39,694 nt of DNA from Limnohabitans sp. (GTDB lineage: Bacteria; Pseudomonadota; Gammaproteobacteria; Burkholderiales; Burkholderiaceae_C). The stretch spans positions 1 to 39,694 of the forward strand of contig JAVLFR010000024.1 in NCBI GenBank assembly GCA_046052785.1, written 5' to 3'. Under the pieces are notes generated by a model that searched no databases, was not told where the DNA came from, and saw only the letters and a program-made list of their open reading frames with translations. The position numbers and the translations under genes are program-made. The stretch's first letter is position 1. Each line of letters starts with the position of its first letter. This document shows positions 17,201 to 26,715 of the stretch, piece by piece.

Positions 17201-20200
17201 TTAATAGTGGTAGACATCGTTGCCATGCGATGAAGTCGGGTTGTATATAAAAGTATTCGCATCGTTCAAAGTATGGTGAGCTTGGGCATCTGAGAGGTTG
17301 GCATAACCGCCACCGGCCACGATGAGAATGTTGTCTAACTCAGTTCGAATACCTAGGGCGTTTTTATAAAAAAACTGGACTGACTCGACATCACGCATCA
17401 ACGTCGTGCCCAACACGCTGTTGCTTGTTTTGTCGCGCAACACCATTTGCACACTGCCATCAGTGGTGGTGCTGAAACTGGCCAAAGGTGATTGGTTGCT
17501 CTGCATCGCCACGTCCAAACTGTCGTGTCTGGCATTGGCAGCACCCGCGAGGGTGTCAGTGGAGCCGATGATGACGTAGTCGCCATTGGCATTGATTTCA
17601 ATCACCGTGTCTTCATTGCGCGGAATATCTGCGCCAATGAGAGTGACTTTTTTGTCTTGAAATTCGATGTATTCAATGTCATCTATTTTCAAGGTGCCAA
17701 TGGTGGTTTGTGCGTTGGTGGGACTTTGCAGGTCCACCTTCACGCTGTGGCCATCTTTAAAGCCCGTGTTCGCCAAGTCATCATTCACGATGGTGAACTT
17801 GGCTTGTGCAAAGTTAGCGTCCGACAGCTTGACGGTGTCTGTTCTTAAGTTCTCCACATAGCCCAAGCCAGGGTCGCCAAAAGCATCTGGCGCACCCACC
17901 ACCGTGTGATTGCCTGCCGCTTTGAGCTCGATCTGCGTGCTGACTGTGGTGTCTTGCACTGTGATGGTTGGGGTGCCGATGCTGTCGTCAACAATTTTTG
18001 CAAAGATATTGTTGTAGGCATCTCGCGTAGCGCTGAGGTTAGACAGGGTCAATTTAGAGTTGTCGCCAAAGCTCAGTTCGGTGACGGTGCTGGGCAGCGC
18101 AATGACAAGGCTGGCATCGAGGAGACTGACCGCATTAAACCCGTTGCCCCGAGCGATGCCATCAGCATCCACCGTACCTAAGGGAGAGATGGCCCAATCG
18201 CCAATAGCGCCAGGCAAAAAGGCGTTGGTGCCGTTGGCAGAGACGGCTTTTTGGTAAGTGATGTCTACCAATTGCTCAGAAGCAAAGCTTTGAATAAAGG
18301 CGTCTTTGGCCCACAGATTGAAGTTCAACGAGTCGGTGGTGGCGGCAATGCTCTGTGAGCCCAGCCGATTGACAGCGAGGTAGAAATAGTCTTCGTTGGC
18401 AACATCCACAATTTCAAAATAAGAGCTGTGGTCGTTGAGGTTGGCGGGGCTGCCAAATTGATAGGTGATGGCCGAGGTGGGACCATCAATGTCGGTGGCT
18501 TGGAATTTGAACAGGTTCAAAAACGATTGGCTAACGCCCCCAGCTGCGAGTGGCACCGCGGTACCCTCTAAATAAGTGAGCTTAATTGTTCCATTTGGTT
18601 CCAATGTGGCTGTGGTGCCAGGTACTGGTGTGACCACACTGATGACGGGGGCGTCGTTGGTGCCTGTGATGTTCAAGTTGATCGTGGTGGTGGCTTTAGC
18701 ATTAAAGTCAACCACCTTCAAGGACTGCGTCGCCAACTGCCCCTCGGCAAGCTCATTGTGTGCACTGTTAGCCGTAAACTTCCACTGACCTGACTTGGAG
18801 ACCGCAAATGTGCCATAGGTACCCACTGCATCGGTGGCGTCATAAGTCCAATTGGCAACGACTGCATTGGGGGCCATGGACAACAACCCCGAAGTATTCA
18901 AGCTAGAGACCGTATCGTCTTCGGTCAACGACAAACTGGGGGTGGTGAAACTAGCATACAAACGCGTGAACTCGCTCATCACGTCAGAAATTTTGTCCAA
19001 AGAGATGGGCCCGTCTTCAGCCAAGGATTGGAAAATAAATTGTGTGGCGAAAACTTTGTCGATCGAGTCAGCGTTAGTGATTTCTTGGTTCAGTTGCGCT
19101 CCCGCAATCAGTGCCGCATTGAGCTTGGACACATCGAGGCCACTGCTTTGAAATGCGTCAACCAAAGCATTCCCATTGGTCAGAATAGTTTTTTGGGCGT
19201 CAAAGCTTGGAGAGGATGCATAGTTTTTTAGCGCCGTGGTCAACTGGTTCATGACCTGCTGGGACACGGTGCTAAAGTCTTGCGCGGTGGCGGATGCACT
19301 CAACGTGGCGCTTGTAACGAGCAAGGCCACTTGCGAGGCCGCTTTTTGAACCAGCAAGGCATCTGCTGCACTGACCGACGGCGTGCCGACCAATGGGTCA
19401 AAGTCAAGATATGAAATGCCAGCAGGCAAACCCAAAGCATCAGACACCAGTTCGATGGCCTCAGACAGACCCAGAGTTGGATCTTGGTCCCTCATGGTCT
19501 GAATTAAGGTGGTGATGGGGTTGACCACGGTGGCATTGCCTGGCGCATACAGCGTGAGCGCAGAGGTGAATGCCGTATTCAATTCTTTGTCGTATGAAGT
19601 GAATGACTTATTCAATTCTTTGTCGTATAAATTGCTGGTGGCTTTAACCACAATTTTTGTAGAGGCATCGCCGTCTGGCAAGCCCGTGTATTGACCATTG
19701 GCATCGGTATAAACAGATGCGCCAATTTGCGCGTTCGTCAAGGCATTCACGCGAGAAACCATCGCATTCACAATGTGGCCATCCACCACCACACCGGCTG
19801 CATTGTCCGTGCCGCTAATGTTGACAGTGATATTTGAGGCCGTACCGTCTTGGGCATGAATGGCAAACACATCCGTCACCGTCATGCCCGCTGTTAATTC
19901 GCTGTGCGCTGAAGAAGCGGTGTAGGTCCAGGCCCCATTGGCCCCCATGGTGAGGCTGCCGTAGGTGCCTGCAAGGGTTTCAGCGGTGAATGCGTTGGCC
20001 ACACCATCGATGTCAGTCGACGTCAGGGTGCCACGTGAGGTCAAAACGGCGTTTGTTTCAGTCAAGCTGACCGTGTTTGTGCCGCTGATCACCGCGGCGT
20101 CGTTGGTGCCAATAATGCCCACGGTAATCTCAACGGGCGTGCCATCGGCCGCAAATACCTTGAACACATCAGACACCCTCTGCCCAGCCGCTAGCTCGTC

Positions 20201-21013
20201 ATGCGCTGAAGAAGCGGTGTAGGTCCAAGTTCCGTCAGCCCCCATGGTCAAACTGCCATAAGTGCCAACCACGGTCTCGCCAACGAAACTCTTGCCGTTG
20301 GGGGGCACGAGGTTAGACGTCAAAGAACTGCTGGTGGTCAACACCGCGTTGGTTTCAGTCAAGCTGAAGGTCTTGAGTCCGCTGACGGACAGCAAAACTG
20401 GCAAAGCCTCAGCGGCCACGCTGGCACTGCCCCCAAGCGCGAGACCCAGCAAGCTCAGCGCTGAATCTAGCAACAGATTGTCGGTGGTCAACAGTGTCAA
20501 GGGTCGAGGGGTGAGGTCAACCAGGGATTCGCCCAACCGATCGACGCGGACCGTTTCCACTGGATCGCTTTCACCTGAGTCTGCGATGGTGGTTTGCGAG
20601 GCAGTGCTGCCAATGGCGGTGTTGGGAGGGGTGATGCCCATCTGCGCGGAGGTATTGAGACCCAACGCACTGGAAAGCGCAGCATCAGGCAAGGCATAAG
20701 CTTTGCCTGCATTGGAGAACAGACTTCTTAAATCATCCGAATTGCTGATTGGGGTAAGTAGTCCAGAGGTCTCAGCCTGTGCCGTTTGGGTGTGGGATAA
20801 GTCGGCCGTTTTTTGAGGCGCGCCTGGCTTATCAATCGGCTCGACAACAGGTGATGTGGAAGGCGTTAGAAAATTTTTAAAAAACAAACCCGTGGCAAGG
20901 CCCAGCAAAAGTGTTTTTGCTGGCGAGTCTTTGGCAATCTGAAGCAATTTGGAGTTGTTCTTTATCCTTGCATCAGTTCCTATGGCTCTTTTCTTGTCGT
21001 CAGGATCTTTCAT
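17201..21013 (-). CDS. Large T1SS-secreted surface protein/adhesin with VCBS repeats and a cadherin-like domain
   Basis: 1270 aa, rich in Ala/Thr/Ser/Asp. Three VCBS-type units (GTYGSLT..DGTWTY...DVF...DGT...ITV.I.GTNDA), a cadherin-like NDAP...ATDID...ITY...FEI segment, and C-terminal IEYIEFQD/VESVQF motifs. Lies directly upstream of the T1SS genes. Confidence 0.85.
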   Translation of the reverse strand: MKDPDDKKRAIGTDARIKNNSKLLQIAKDSPAKTLLLGLATGLFFKNFLTPSTSPVVEPIDKPGAPQKTADLSHTQTAQAETSGLLTPISNSDDLRSLFSNAGKAYALPDAALSSALGLNTSAQMGITPPNTAIGSTASQTTIADSGESDPVETVRVDRLGESLVDLTPRPLTLLTTDNLLLDSALSLLGLALGGSASVAAEALPVLLSVSGLKTFSLTETNAVLTTSSSLTSNLVPPNGKSFVGETVVGTYGSLTMGADGTWTYTASSAHDELAAGQRVSDVFKVFAADGTPVEITVGIIGTNDAAVISGTNTVSLTETNAVLTSRGTLTSTDIDGVANAFTAETLAGTYGSLTMGANGAWTYTASSAHSELTAGMTVTDVFAIHAQDGTASNITVNISGTDNAAGVVVDGHIVNAMVSRVNALTNAQIGASVYTDANGQYTGLPDGDASTKIVVKATSNLYDKELNKSFTSYDKELNTAFTSALTLYAPGNATVVNPITTLIQTMRDQDPTLGLSEAIELVSDALGLPAGISYLDFDPLVGTPSVSAADALLVQKAASQVALLVTSATLSASATAQDFSTVSQQVMNQLTTALKNYASSPSFDAQKTILTNGNALVDAFQSSGLDVSKLNAALIAGAQLNQEITNADSIDKVFATQFIFQSLAEDGPISLDKISDVMSEFTRLYASFTTPSLSLTEDDTVSSLNTSGLLSMAPNAVVANWTYDATDAVGTYGTFAVSKSGQWKFTANSAHNELAEGQLATQSLKVVDFNAKATTTINLNITGTNDAPVISVVTPVPGTTATLEPNGTIKLTYLEGTAVPLAAGGVSQSFLNLFKFQATDIDGPTSAITYQFGSPANLNDHSSYFEIVDVANEDYFYLAVNRLGSQSIAATTDSLNFNLWAKDAFIQSFASEQLVDITYQKAVSANGTNAFLPGAIGDWAISPLGTVDADGIARGNGFNAVSLLDASLVIALPSTVTELSFGDNSKLTLSNLSATRDAYNNIFAKIVDDSIGTPTITVQDTTVSTQIELKAAGNHTVVGAPDAFGDPGLGYVENLRTDTVKLSDANFAQAKFTIVNDDLANTGFKDGHSVKVDLQSPTNAQTTIGTLKIDDIEYIEFQDKKVTLIGADIPRNEDTVIEINANGDYVIIGSTDTLAGAANARHDSLDVAMQSNQSPLASFSTTTDGSVQMVLRDKTSNSVLGTTLMRDVESVQFFYKNALGIRTELDNILIVAGGGYANLSDAQAHHTLNDANTFIYNPTSSHGNDVYHY
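19566..19628. repeat. 33-bp in-frame tandem duplication within the adhesin
   Basis: TATTCAATTCTTTGTCGTAT is identical at 19576..19595 and 19609..19628; it encodes YDKELNKSFTS-YDKELNTAFTS. Confidence 0.9.
19790..20369 (-). repeat. Two tandem 297-bp (99-aa) VCBS repeat units
   Basis: GTTTCAGTCAAGCTGA occurs at 20055 and 20352; TGCGCTGAAGAAGCGGTGTAGGTCCA occurs at 19905 and 20202 (period 297). A third, diverged unit lies near 18640..18940. Unit boundaries are approximate. Confidence 0.88.
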
Positions 21014-21159
21014 GCATGTGGTATCGGAACTAACAGGGTTTATTTAAATACTAACTAAATTATAAGATTTTCGAAATTGCAAGACGCAGAAACTTGCTTT
21101 ACTGATGGCCCTTCCCTAGGGATGTCATCGAGCTTAGACGACGTGCCACACGAACAATA

Positions 21160-21837
21160 CTACTGAGCCTGCGCGTCTTTAATGGGGTTTTGGACAAACC
21201 AAGCCTCAATGAAAGCTTGGATGTACATCGCACTTTGCTGGTGGTTTTTTGACAAAGCCATGTCCAAGGCGGACGCGTTATCGGTGTTCACCAAGGTTGG
21301 ATCCGCACCTTCTTCTAACAGCAGTTTGACTGCAAGCGGTGGGGCATAGAAAGCCGCCATCATCAAGGGCGTAGTGCCGTTATCGGCCTCGGCATCGATA
21401 TAAGCATCGTTATCCAACAACAAACGCATCATGTCGCGGTGCCCACGCGAAGCAGCGTAATGCAACGGTGCCCACCCCGATTTGTTCACATCTGCCCCTT
21501 GCTCTATGAGAAGTTTTGCGAGCGGCAATTGGTTATGAATGGCCGCCAACATCAAGGCCGTTTCGCCGACCGAGTTTGGGACATTGACTTTCGTTTGAGG
21601 ATGCTTAGCCAAAACCAAGGCGCACTGAGGGGCCTCAGATTGCATGGCCACGATCAAGGCAGGAATGCCTTTTTCATTGGGTGTGTTGGGATCAAAACCA
21701 CGTGCTAGCAGATTCGCCACGACCTCAGGCTTGTCAAAATGTATAGCCTTGAAAAAATCTTCGTAAGAGCCAGCGTTGGATAGAGAATATCCAATAAAAA
21801 CATATAGATATACGATATATTTAAAGTAATTTTTCAT
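21160..21837 (-). CDS. Ankyrin-repeat protein with a probable signal peptide
   Basis: GETALMLAA, GADVN, GWAPLHYAA, GTTPLMMAA and GADPT ankyrin motifs. ATGA overlap with tatD. Confidence 0.93.
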   Translation of the reverse strand: MKNYFKYIVYLYVFIGYSLSNAGSYEDFFKAIHFDKPEVVANLLARGFDPNTPNEKGIPALIVAMQSEAPQCALVLAKHPQTKVNVPNSVGETALMLAAIHNQLPLAKLLIEQGADVNKSGWAPLHYAASRGHRDMMRLLLDNDAYIDAEADNGTTPLMMAAFYAPPLAVKLLLEEGADPTLVNTDNASALDMALSKNHQQSAMYIQAFIEAWFVQNPIKDAQAQ

Positions 21838-22628
21838 TTCAAAACTGCGTTGAAAAGTTGGTCGAAATTATGGCTGGTGGCCTCAGCCACGACTTGCACG
21901 GTCAAGCCTTTGGTTTGGGCAATTTGCTGGGCCACAAATGGCACATAAGACGGGTTATTGGTTTTGCCGCGATGCGGTACAGGGGCCAAATAAGGGCTGT
22001 CGGTCTCGATCAATAAGCGATCCATGGGCACGAACTTGGCCACGTCACGTAAGTCTTGGGCGTTTTTGAAGGTCAAAATACCCGAGAAAGAGATATAAAA
22101 CCCGAGGTCCAAACCCGCACGGGCGACCTCAGCCGTCTCGGTGAAGCAATGAAACACGCCACCAGCGCTGCCTGCCGAGCCGTTTTCGCCCTGCTCTTTC
22201 AAAATTGCGACCGTGTCGGCTGATGCGCTTCGGGTGTGGATGACCAAGGGCAGTTGGGTTTGCTGAGCCGCTTGAATGTGGATGCGAAAGCGGTTGCGTT
22301 GCCATTCCATATCTGCCACCGTGCGCTCGCCCAAGCGGTAGTAGTCAAGGCCAGTTTCACCAATACCCACCACTTTGGGGAGTTGGGCGCGATTCAGCAA
22401 GTCATCCAGCGTGGGCTCTTGGACGCCTTCGTTGTCGGGGTGGACCCCCACGGTCGCCCAAAAATTGTCAAATTGGGTCGCCAAGCTGTGCACCTCGGGA
22501 AAGCGCTCAAGCGTGGTGCTGATGACCAAGGCGCGCGTGACCAGGGCTTTGGCCATTTCGTCGCGGATGGCATGGATATTCTCAGCCAGTTCAGGAAAGT
22601 TCAAGTGGCAATGGGAATCGGTGAACAT
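21834..22628 (-). CDS. tatD: TatD-family metal-dependent hydrolase/DNase
   Basis: DSHCHL, GVHP, IGETGLDY, IHTRSA, GVFHCF and ETDSPYLAPVP motifs. Confidence 0.95.
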   Translation of the reverse strand: MFTDSHCHLNFPELAENIHAIRDEMAKALVTRALVISTTLERFPEVHSLATQFDNFWATVGVHPDNEGVQEPTLDDLLNRAQLPKVVGIGETGLDYYRLGERTVADMEWQRNRFRIHIQAAQQTQLPLVIHTRSASADTVAILKEQGENGSAGSAGGVFHCFTETAEVARAGLDLGFYISFSGILTFKNAQDLRDVAKFVPMDRLLIETDSPYLAPVPHRGKTNNPSYVPFVAQQIAQTKGLTVQVVAEATSHNFDQLFNAVLK

Positions 22629-22639
22629 GGTTGTCTAAC

Positions 22640-23662
22640 TCAGTATTTGGCACGTAAGGCGGTTTGTGCTCGTGCCGCCAAGGCCTCAAACATCAAGCCA
22701 GCGTTGTAAGGGTGTTCAGCGGTGCGCGCAGCCACCATCAGATCTTTGGACCATTGGGTGAGCGAACTGAGGGTGCCCGCCACAGGCAAGTCGTCCGTCA
22801 TAAAAAACCGAGGCCCAGCACCCGTGCGCTGGGCCAGCAAGTCGTGGCAAAGCTTTTGCAGCATCGCGATGGCTTGCGAAGGCGTGGCGTCAGACAAAGT
22901 GCCCACATCGCCACGCATCAACGCTTGCGGCAGACCCGCCCAATGCGCAGCCTTGAGGCCTGCCTTGGCAAGAGCAAGGGCGTCCTCGGGGCGACCGCCT
23001 GCCGCGCGCAACAACACGGCCGCATCTGAGCTGGTCAGACCTTGTGACGACAACCAGCTTAAAGCTTCGACCTCAGTCGGCCAAACCATGGTGTGAGTTT
23101 GGCAACGGCTGCGGATGGTGGGCAGCAACTGATGGGCGGCTTCACTGGCCAGCACAAATCGGCATTCGCCTGGCGGTTCTTCTAGGGTTTTGAGGATGGT
23201 GTTGGCCGTCACATGATTCATGCGCTCGGCGGGGTAGACCAGCACCACTTTGGTGGCACCGCCAGAGCGCGTGAATTGGGTAAAAGCCACCATCTCACGG
23301 GCTGCTTCGACACGAATTTCTTTGCTGGGCTTGCGTTTTTTGTCGTCGAGCTCTTTTTGGGTTTTTTCGTCAAGAGGCCAGTTCAACGCAAGCGCCAAGG
23401 CCTCAGGCATGAGCGTGCATAAGTCCGCATGGGTGCGTACATCCACCGCGTGACAGCTGCGGCACATACCGCAAGCACCCTGAGCAGTGGGCGCATCGCA
23501 CAGCCAAGCGCGAGCCAGCGCCAAGCCGAGTGTGTATTGTCCCAAGCCCGACGGGCCTTGCAACAGCCAAGCGTGACCGCGACGCGCGAGCAAGCTGGTG
23601 AGCTGACCTTGCAGCCAGGGGCTCAGGACCAGGTTGGGGGAGGATGAGGCGGCTTCGGTCAT
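22640..23662 (-). CDS. holB: DNA polymerase III subunit delta-prime
   Basis: [12 protein letters not shown], zinc motif C...[19 protein letters not shown] and LLPTIRSRC. Start placed at ATG 23662 (ATGA overlap with tmk). Confidence 0.95.
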   Translation of the reverse strand: MTEAASSSPNLVLSPWLQGQLTSLLARRGHAWLLQGPSGLGQYTLGLALARAWLCDAPTAQGACGMCRSCHAVDVRTHADLCTLMPEALALALNWPLDEKTQKELDDKKRKPSKEIRVEAAREMVAFTQFTRSGGATKVVLVYPAERMNHVTANTILKTLEEPPGECRFVLASEAAHQLLPTIRSRCQTHTMVWPTEVEALSWLSSQGLTSSDAAVLLRAAGGRPEDALALAKAGLKAAHWAGLPQALMRGDVGTLSDATPSQAIAMLQKLCHDLLAQRTGAGPRFFMTDDLPVAGTLSSLTQWSKDLMVAARTAEHPYNAGLMFEALAARAQTALRAKY

Positions 23663-24330
23663 GCGGCACTCGCCGTTAGCCAGCCGCGCTGCACAAAGTT
23701 TTGATGCAATTGCAGCCACACGGCTTCACGGGTTTGGGCGGCGTCTAGGCGCACAAAACGTGGTGCATCGGCTTGGGCACGCGCAGCGTAACCGTCCGAC
23801 ACGTGTCGAAAGAACTCGATAGGTTGGGCCTCAAAGCGGTCGGGCACGCGGGCACTGGCAAGACGAACTGCGGCAATGGCCGGATCGAGCTCAAACCACA
23901 CCGTCACATCGGGTTGGCGTAAGTCCAGCGAGGCGCTGTTCGCCGAAACCGCAGAAATCGCTTGCACCCATTGTTCGAGTTGTCGTAACACGCCCAAGTC
24001 AAAACCACGACCACTGCCTTGGTATGCAAAAGTGGCGTCGGTGAACCGATCGCACAGCACCACCTCGCCGCGCGCCAGCGCAGGTTCGATCACTTGCTGG
24101 AGGTGGTCGCGTCGTGCAGCAAAAATGAGCAGCGACTCGGTCAGTGCATCCATCGCATCATGCAGCACCATGTCGCGCAGTTTCTCGGCCAAGGGCGTGC
24201 CACCGGGCTCGCGGGTGAGCGTGACGCTTCGGCCCTGCGCCTTGAAAGCAGCTGCCAAGCCCTCGATATGCGTGGACTTGCCAGCGCCATCGATGCCCTC
24301 AAAACTGATAAATAGACCGGATGTTGTCAT
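23659..24330 (-). CDS. tmk: Thymidylate (dTMP) kinase
   Basis: [15 protein letters not shown]-loop, TREPGGT and [13 protein letters not shown]. Confidence 0.97.
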   Translation of the reverse strand: MTTSGLFISFEGIDGAGKSTHIEGLAAAFKAQGRSVTLTREPGGTPLAEKLRDMVLHDAMDALTESLLIFAARRDHLQQVIEPALARGEVVLCDRFTDATFAYQGSGRGFDLGVLRQLEQWVQAISAVSANSASLDLRQPDVTVWFELDPAIAAVRLASARVPDRFEAQPIEFFRHVSDGYAARAQADAPRFVRLDAAQTREAVWLQLHQNFVQRGWLTASAA

Positions 24331-24368
24331 AGCGCGCTATTTTGCCTGCTCGCCTAGCCTGGCATGTA

Positions 24369-25394
24369 TCACTGCCCTGCCCCAGATGAAGCCCCAGACA
24401 TGGCCCCAGATATGCGGCGCTGGTAACGGTTGACGCCGGCGTTGTGCTCTTCCAGCGTGGCGCTGAAGTGGCTGGTGCCGTCACCTTTGGCCACAAAGTA
24501 AAGTGCGTTGCTGGGTGCGGGCTGCACTGCGGCTTTGAGCGCATTGCGCCCAGGCATGGCGATGGGCGTGGGAGGTAAACCTTTTCGGGTGTAGGTGTTC
24601 CACGGATGGTCGTTGCGCAGGTCGGCGCGTCGCAGGTTGCCGTCAAAGCTATCAAACATGCCGTAAATCACGGTGGGGTCAGTTTGCAGCGGCATGTCGA
24701 TGGCCAAACGGTTGTGAAACACGCGGCTGATGGTGGTGCGGTCGCTCTCGCGGCCTGTTTCTTTTTCAATGATGCTGGCCAAAATAAGCGCTTGGTCGAT
24801 GGTTTTGATTTGGATATCAGATTGGCGCTGCCCCCAAGCGGCTGCCAGTTGCTTGGTCATGGCGTTGGCAGCACGTTGCATCACATGCAGCTCAGATGTG
24901 CCTTTGCCATAGGTGTAGGTATCGGGGAAGAAACGGCCCTCAGGGGCCACGCCCGGCATGCCCAGCTGCGCCATGAGGACCTCATCGCTGAGTTCTTGGG
25001 TGTCGTGCTTGAGGCCGTCAGCTTTGGCCAGTGCCGCACGGAATTGACGAAACGTCCATCCGTCAATGAGACTGATCGCTTTGAGGCTTTCCTCGCCTCG
25101 GCTGAGTTTGCGCAGCAAATCTAGCGGGGTGGTGCCTTGGCTGAGTTCATAGCTTCCTGCGCGCAGCTTACGCGACTGGCCACTGGCACGAAACAAGGCA
25201 TACAGCAGGACAGGTTGAACGTCTACACCAGCATCCGCCACAGCTTGAGCGATGCCGCGCACTGTGGTTTGCGGGGCGATAGAGAGATCAACGGTGTCGC
25301 TTGACAGGGGCATGGGTCGGTAGACCCAGTACCCCGTTAACGCCGCAGCGAATAAAGAAAATAGGACCACTGTCCACAAAAAACGTTTGAGCAC
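24369..25394 (-). CDS. mltG: Endolytic transglycosylase MltG (YceG)
   Basis: N-terminal TM, EGRFFPDTY, ASIIEKETG, LQTDPTVIY, NTY..GLPPTPIA.PG and LYFV. Occupies its usual position upstream of tmk. Confidence 0.96.
   Translation of the reverse strand: MLKRFLWTVVLFSLFAAALTGYWVYRPMPLSSDTVDLSIAPQTTVRGIAQAVADAGVDVQPVLLYALFRASGQSRKLRAGSYELSQGTTPLDLLRKLSRGEESLKAISLIDGWTFRQFRAALAKADGLKHDTQELSDEVLMAQLGMPGVAPEGRFFPDTYTYGKGTSELHVMQRAANAMTKQLAAAWGQRQSDIQIKTIDQALILASIIEKETGRESDRTTISRVFHNRLAIDMPLQTDPTVIYGMFDSFDGNLRRADLRNDHPWNTYTRKGLPPTPIAMPGRNALKAAVQPAPSNALYFVAKGDGTSHFSATLEEHNAGVNRYQRRISGAMSGASSGAGQ
24379..24410. repeat. Three GCCCCAGA copies at a 12-bp period, encoding the SGA-x tail of MltG
   Basis: GCCCCAGA at 24379, 24391 and 24403. 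Confidence 0.75.
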
Positions 25395-25473
25395 AACCTA
25401 TTTCCTTCATTTGGTGCACCCCATTTTTTGTGGGATCGCTCAAAAATTATATCGAGCGATCAGCCGTCCAAAC

Positions 25474-25917
25474 TCAATCGACGGCAAGGCTCACAGCGGC
25501 TCCAAGCGCAATGGCACCCACAGGAATAACCCAGGTGTTGGCCTCAGTGGCTTGTTTCTGCGTCAAGGCCTGCAAGTTTTGCATCTGATGCCGCAACCGC
25601 GCATCAATGATTCGAATGGCACCAAACTCAGATTTAAGGGTTTGGGTCATTTGAAGCAAGGACGCTTTGGCCACCCTTGTGATGACGCTGTCCCCACGTT
25701 GTTTGAGGAGTTGGCCAATGTCATGCAAGTTAGTAGCCGTCCATTCATCATTGAATTTATTCAAGGCTCTTTGCGTTAACCACTTACCCGCGTGTCGGGT
25801 GACACGGGGTGGGCAACCCACCAATACCCATTTAGCGGCAGTCGCATCTTCCAGCAAGGGCAAGACTTGGTTCATCGCATGTGTTTTATCGTTGACAAAA
25901 ATGACGAAAGTTTCCAT
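25474..25917 (-). CDS. Hypothetical protein (147 aa) with a C-terminal hydrophobic tail, downstream of terC
   Basis: Strong SD (AAAGGAG) before ATG 25917; WVLVGCPPRVTRHAGKW segment; terminal WVIPVGAIALGAAVSLAVD. Confidence 0.75.
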   Translation of the reverse strand: METFVIFVNDKTHAMNQVLPLLEDATAAKWVLVGCPPRVTRHAGKWLTQRALNKFNDEWTATNLHDIGQLLKQRGDSVITRVAKASLLQMTQTLKSEFGAIRIIDARLRHQMQNLQALTQKQATEANTWVIPVGAIALGAAVSLAVD

Positions 25918-25946
25918 GGTGATCTCCTTTGTGTGAATGCGTTTTA

Positions 25947-26663
25947 TTAGACAGTTTCGAGAATGGACGAGGTTTGTCCTTTGGTGGATGGGCGCTTGCT
26001 GTTGATCCAACTCACCACAACAATGGTTGAGATGAACAAGCCATGGACACACCAATAAAAAACATCATGACCCCATGAGTCGAACTCAAGGATTTCGCTA
26101 ATTAATATTTCTTTGACGACCATCTGTGCCGCTGTAAAAGCTAACACCGCCCCACCCGCAGGAATAATCAAGGGCCAGCGTTCGACCATTTTGAGCACCA
26201 TCTGGCTACCGAACACGACGATGGGAATGCTGACCATCAGCCCAATTGCCACCAACTCAAACGAGCCATTGGCGGCACCCGCGACGCCCAAAACATTGTC
26301 AATGCCCATCAGTGCATCAGCAACGACGATGGTTTTCATCGCGCCCCAAAAGGTCATGGCCCCCACGTCATCATGCGTTTCGTTCCCATCGTTTGAGATG
26401 AGTTGGTAGGCAATCCACATCAAGCCCAAACCACCGATCAGCATCAGGCCTGGTATTTTGAGCAACCAAACCACAGCAAAGGTCATCAGGGAGCGGACAA
26501 CAATCGCGCCGACGGTGCCCCAAAGAATGGCTTTTTTCTGGAGTAAGGGGGGGAGTTTTCTGGCGGCAAGCGCAATGACAATCGCGTTGTCACCGGCTAA
26601 AACCAAGTCGATCAAAATGATGGCAAGCAATGCCCACCACCACGGCGCTGTAAACAGTTCCAT
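25947..26663 (-). CDS. TerC-family (YjbE/YkoY-like) integral membrane metal-homeostasis protein
   Basis: IILIDLVLAGDNAIVIALA and IVVADALMGIDNVLGVAGAA acidic motifs, with multiple TM helices. Start placed at ATG 26663. Confidence 0.93.
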   Translation of the reverse strand: MELFTAPWWWALLAIILIDLVLAGDNAIVIALAARKLPPLLQKKAILWGTVGAIVVRSLMTFAVVWLLKIPGLMLIGGLGLMWIAYQLISNDGNETHDDVGAMTFWGAMKTIVVADALMGIDNVLGVAGAANGSFELVAIGLMVSIPIVVFGSQMVLKMVERWPLIIPAGGAVLAFTAAQMVVKEILISEILEFDSWGHDVFYWCVHGLFISTIVVVSWINSKRPSTKGQTSSILETV

Positions 26664-26715
26664 AGCAAAACCTTTAAATAAATCGATCAAAGCTCTTCCA
26701 TGAGAAGAGCGAGAG

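Noticed and set aside
21079-21129. Two hairpins upstream of the adhesin (GCAAG/CTTGC and GATGGC..TCCCTAGGGA..GTCATC), considered as a c-di-GMP riboswitch or terminator
   Set aside because: The GEMM consensus motifs are not present in order, there is no clear U-tract, and both hairpins lie upstream of the best -10 candidate (TATAAT, minus strand, 21059..21064).
7938-21159. T1SS block as an integrative mobile element or prophage
   Set aside because: No integrase, transposase, phage gene, tRNA target or flanking direct repeat was seen at either boundary, so it is reported only as an accessory island.
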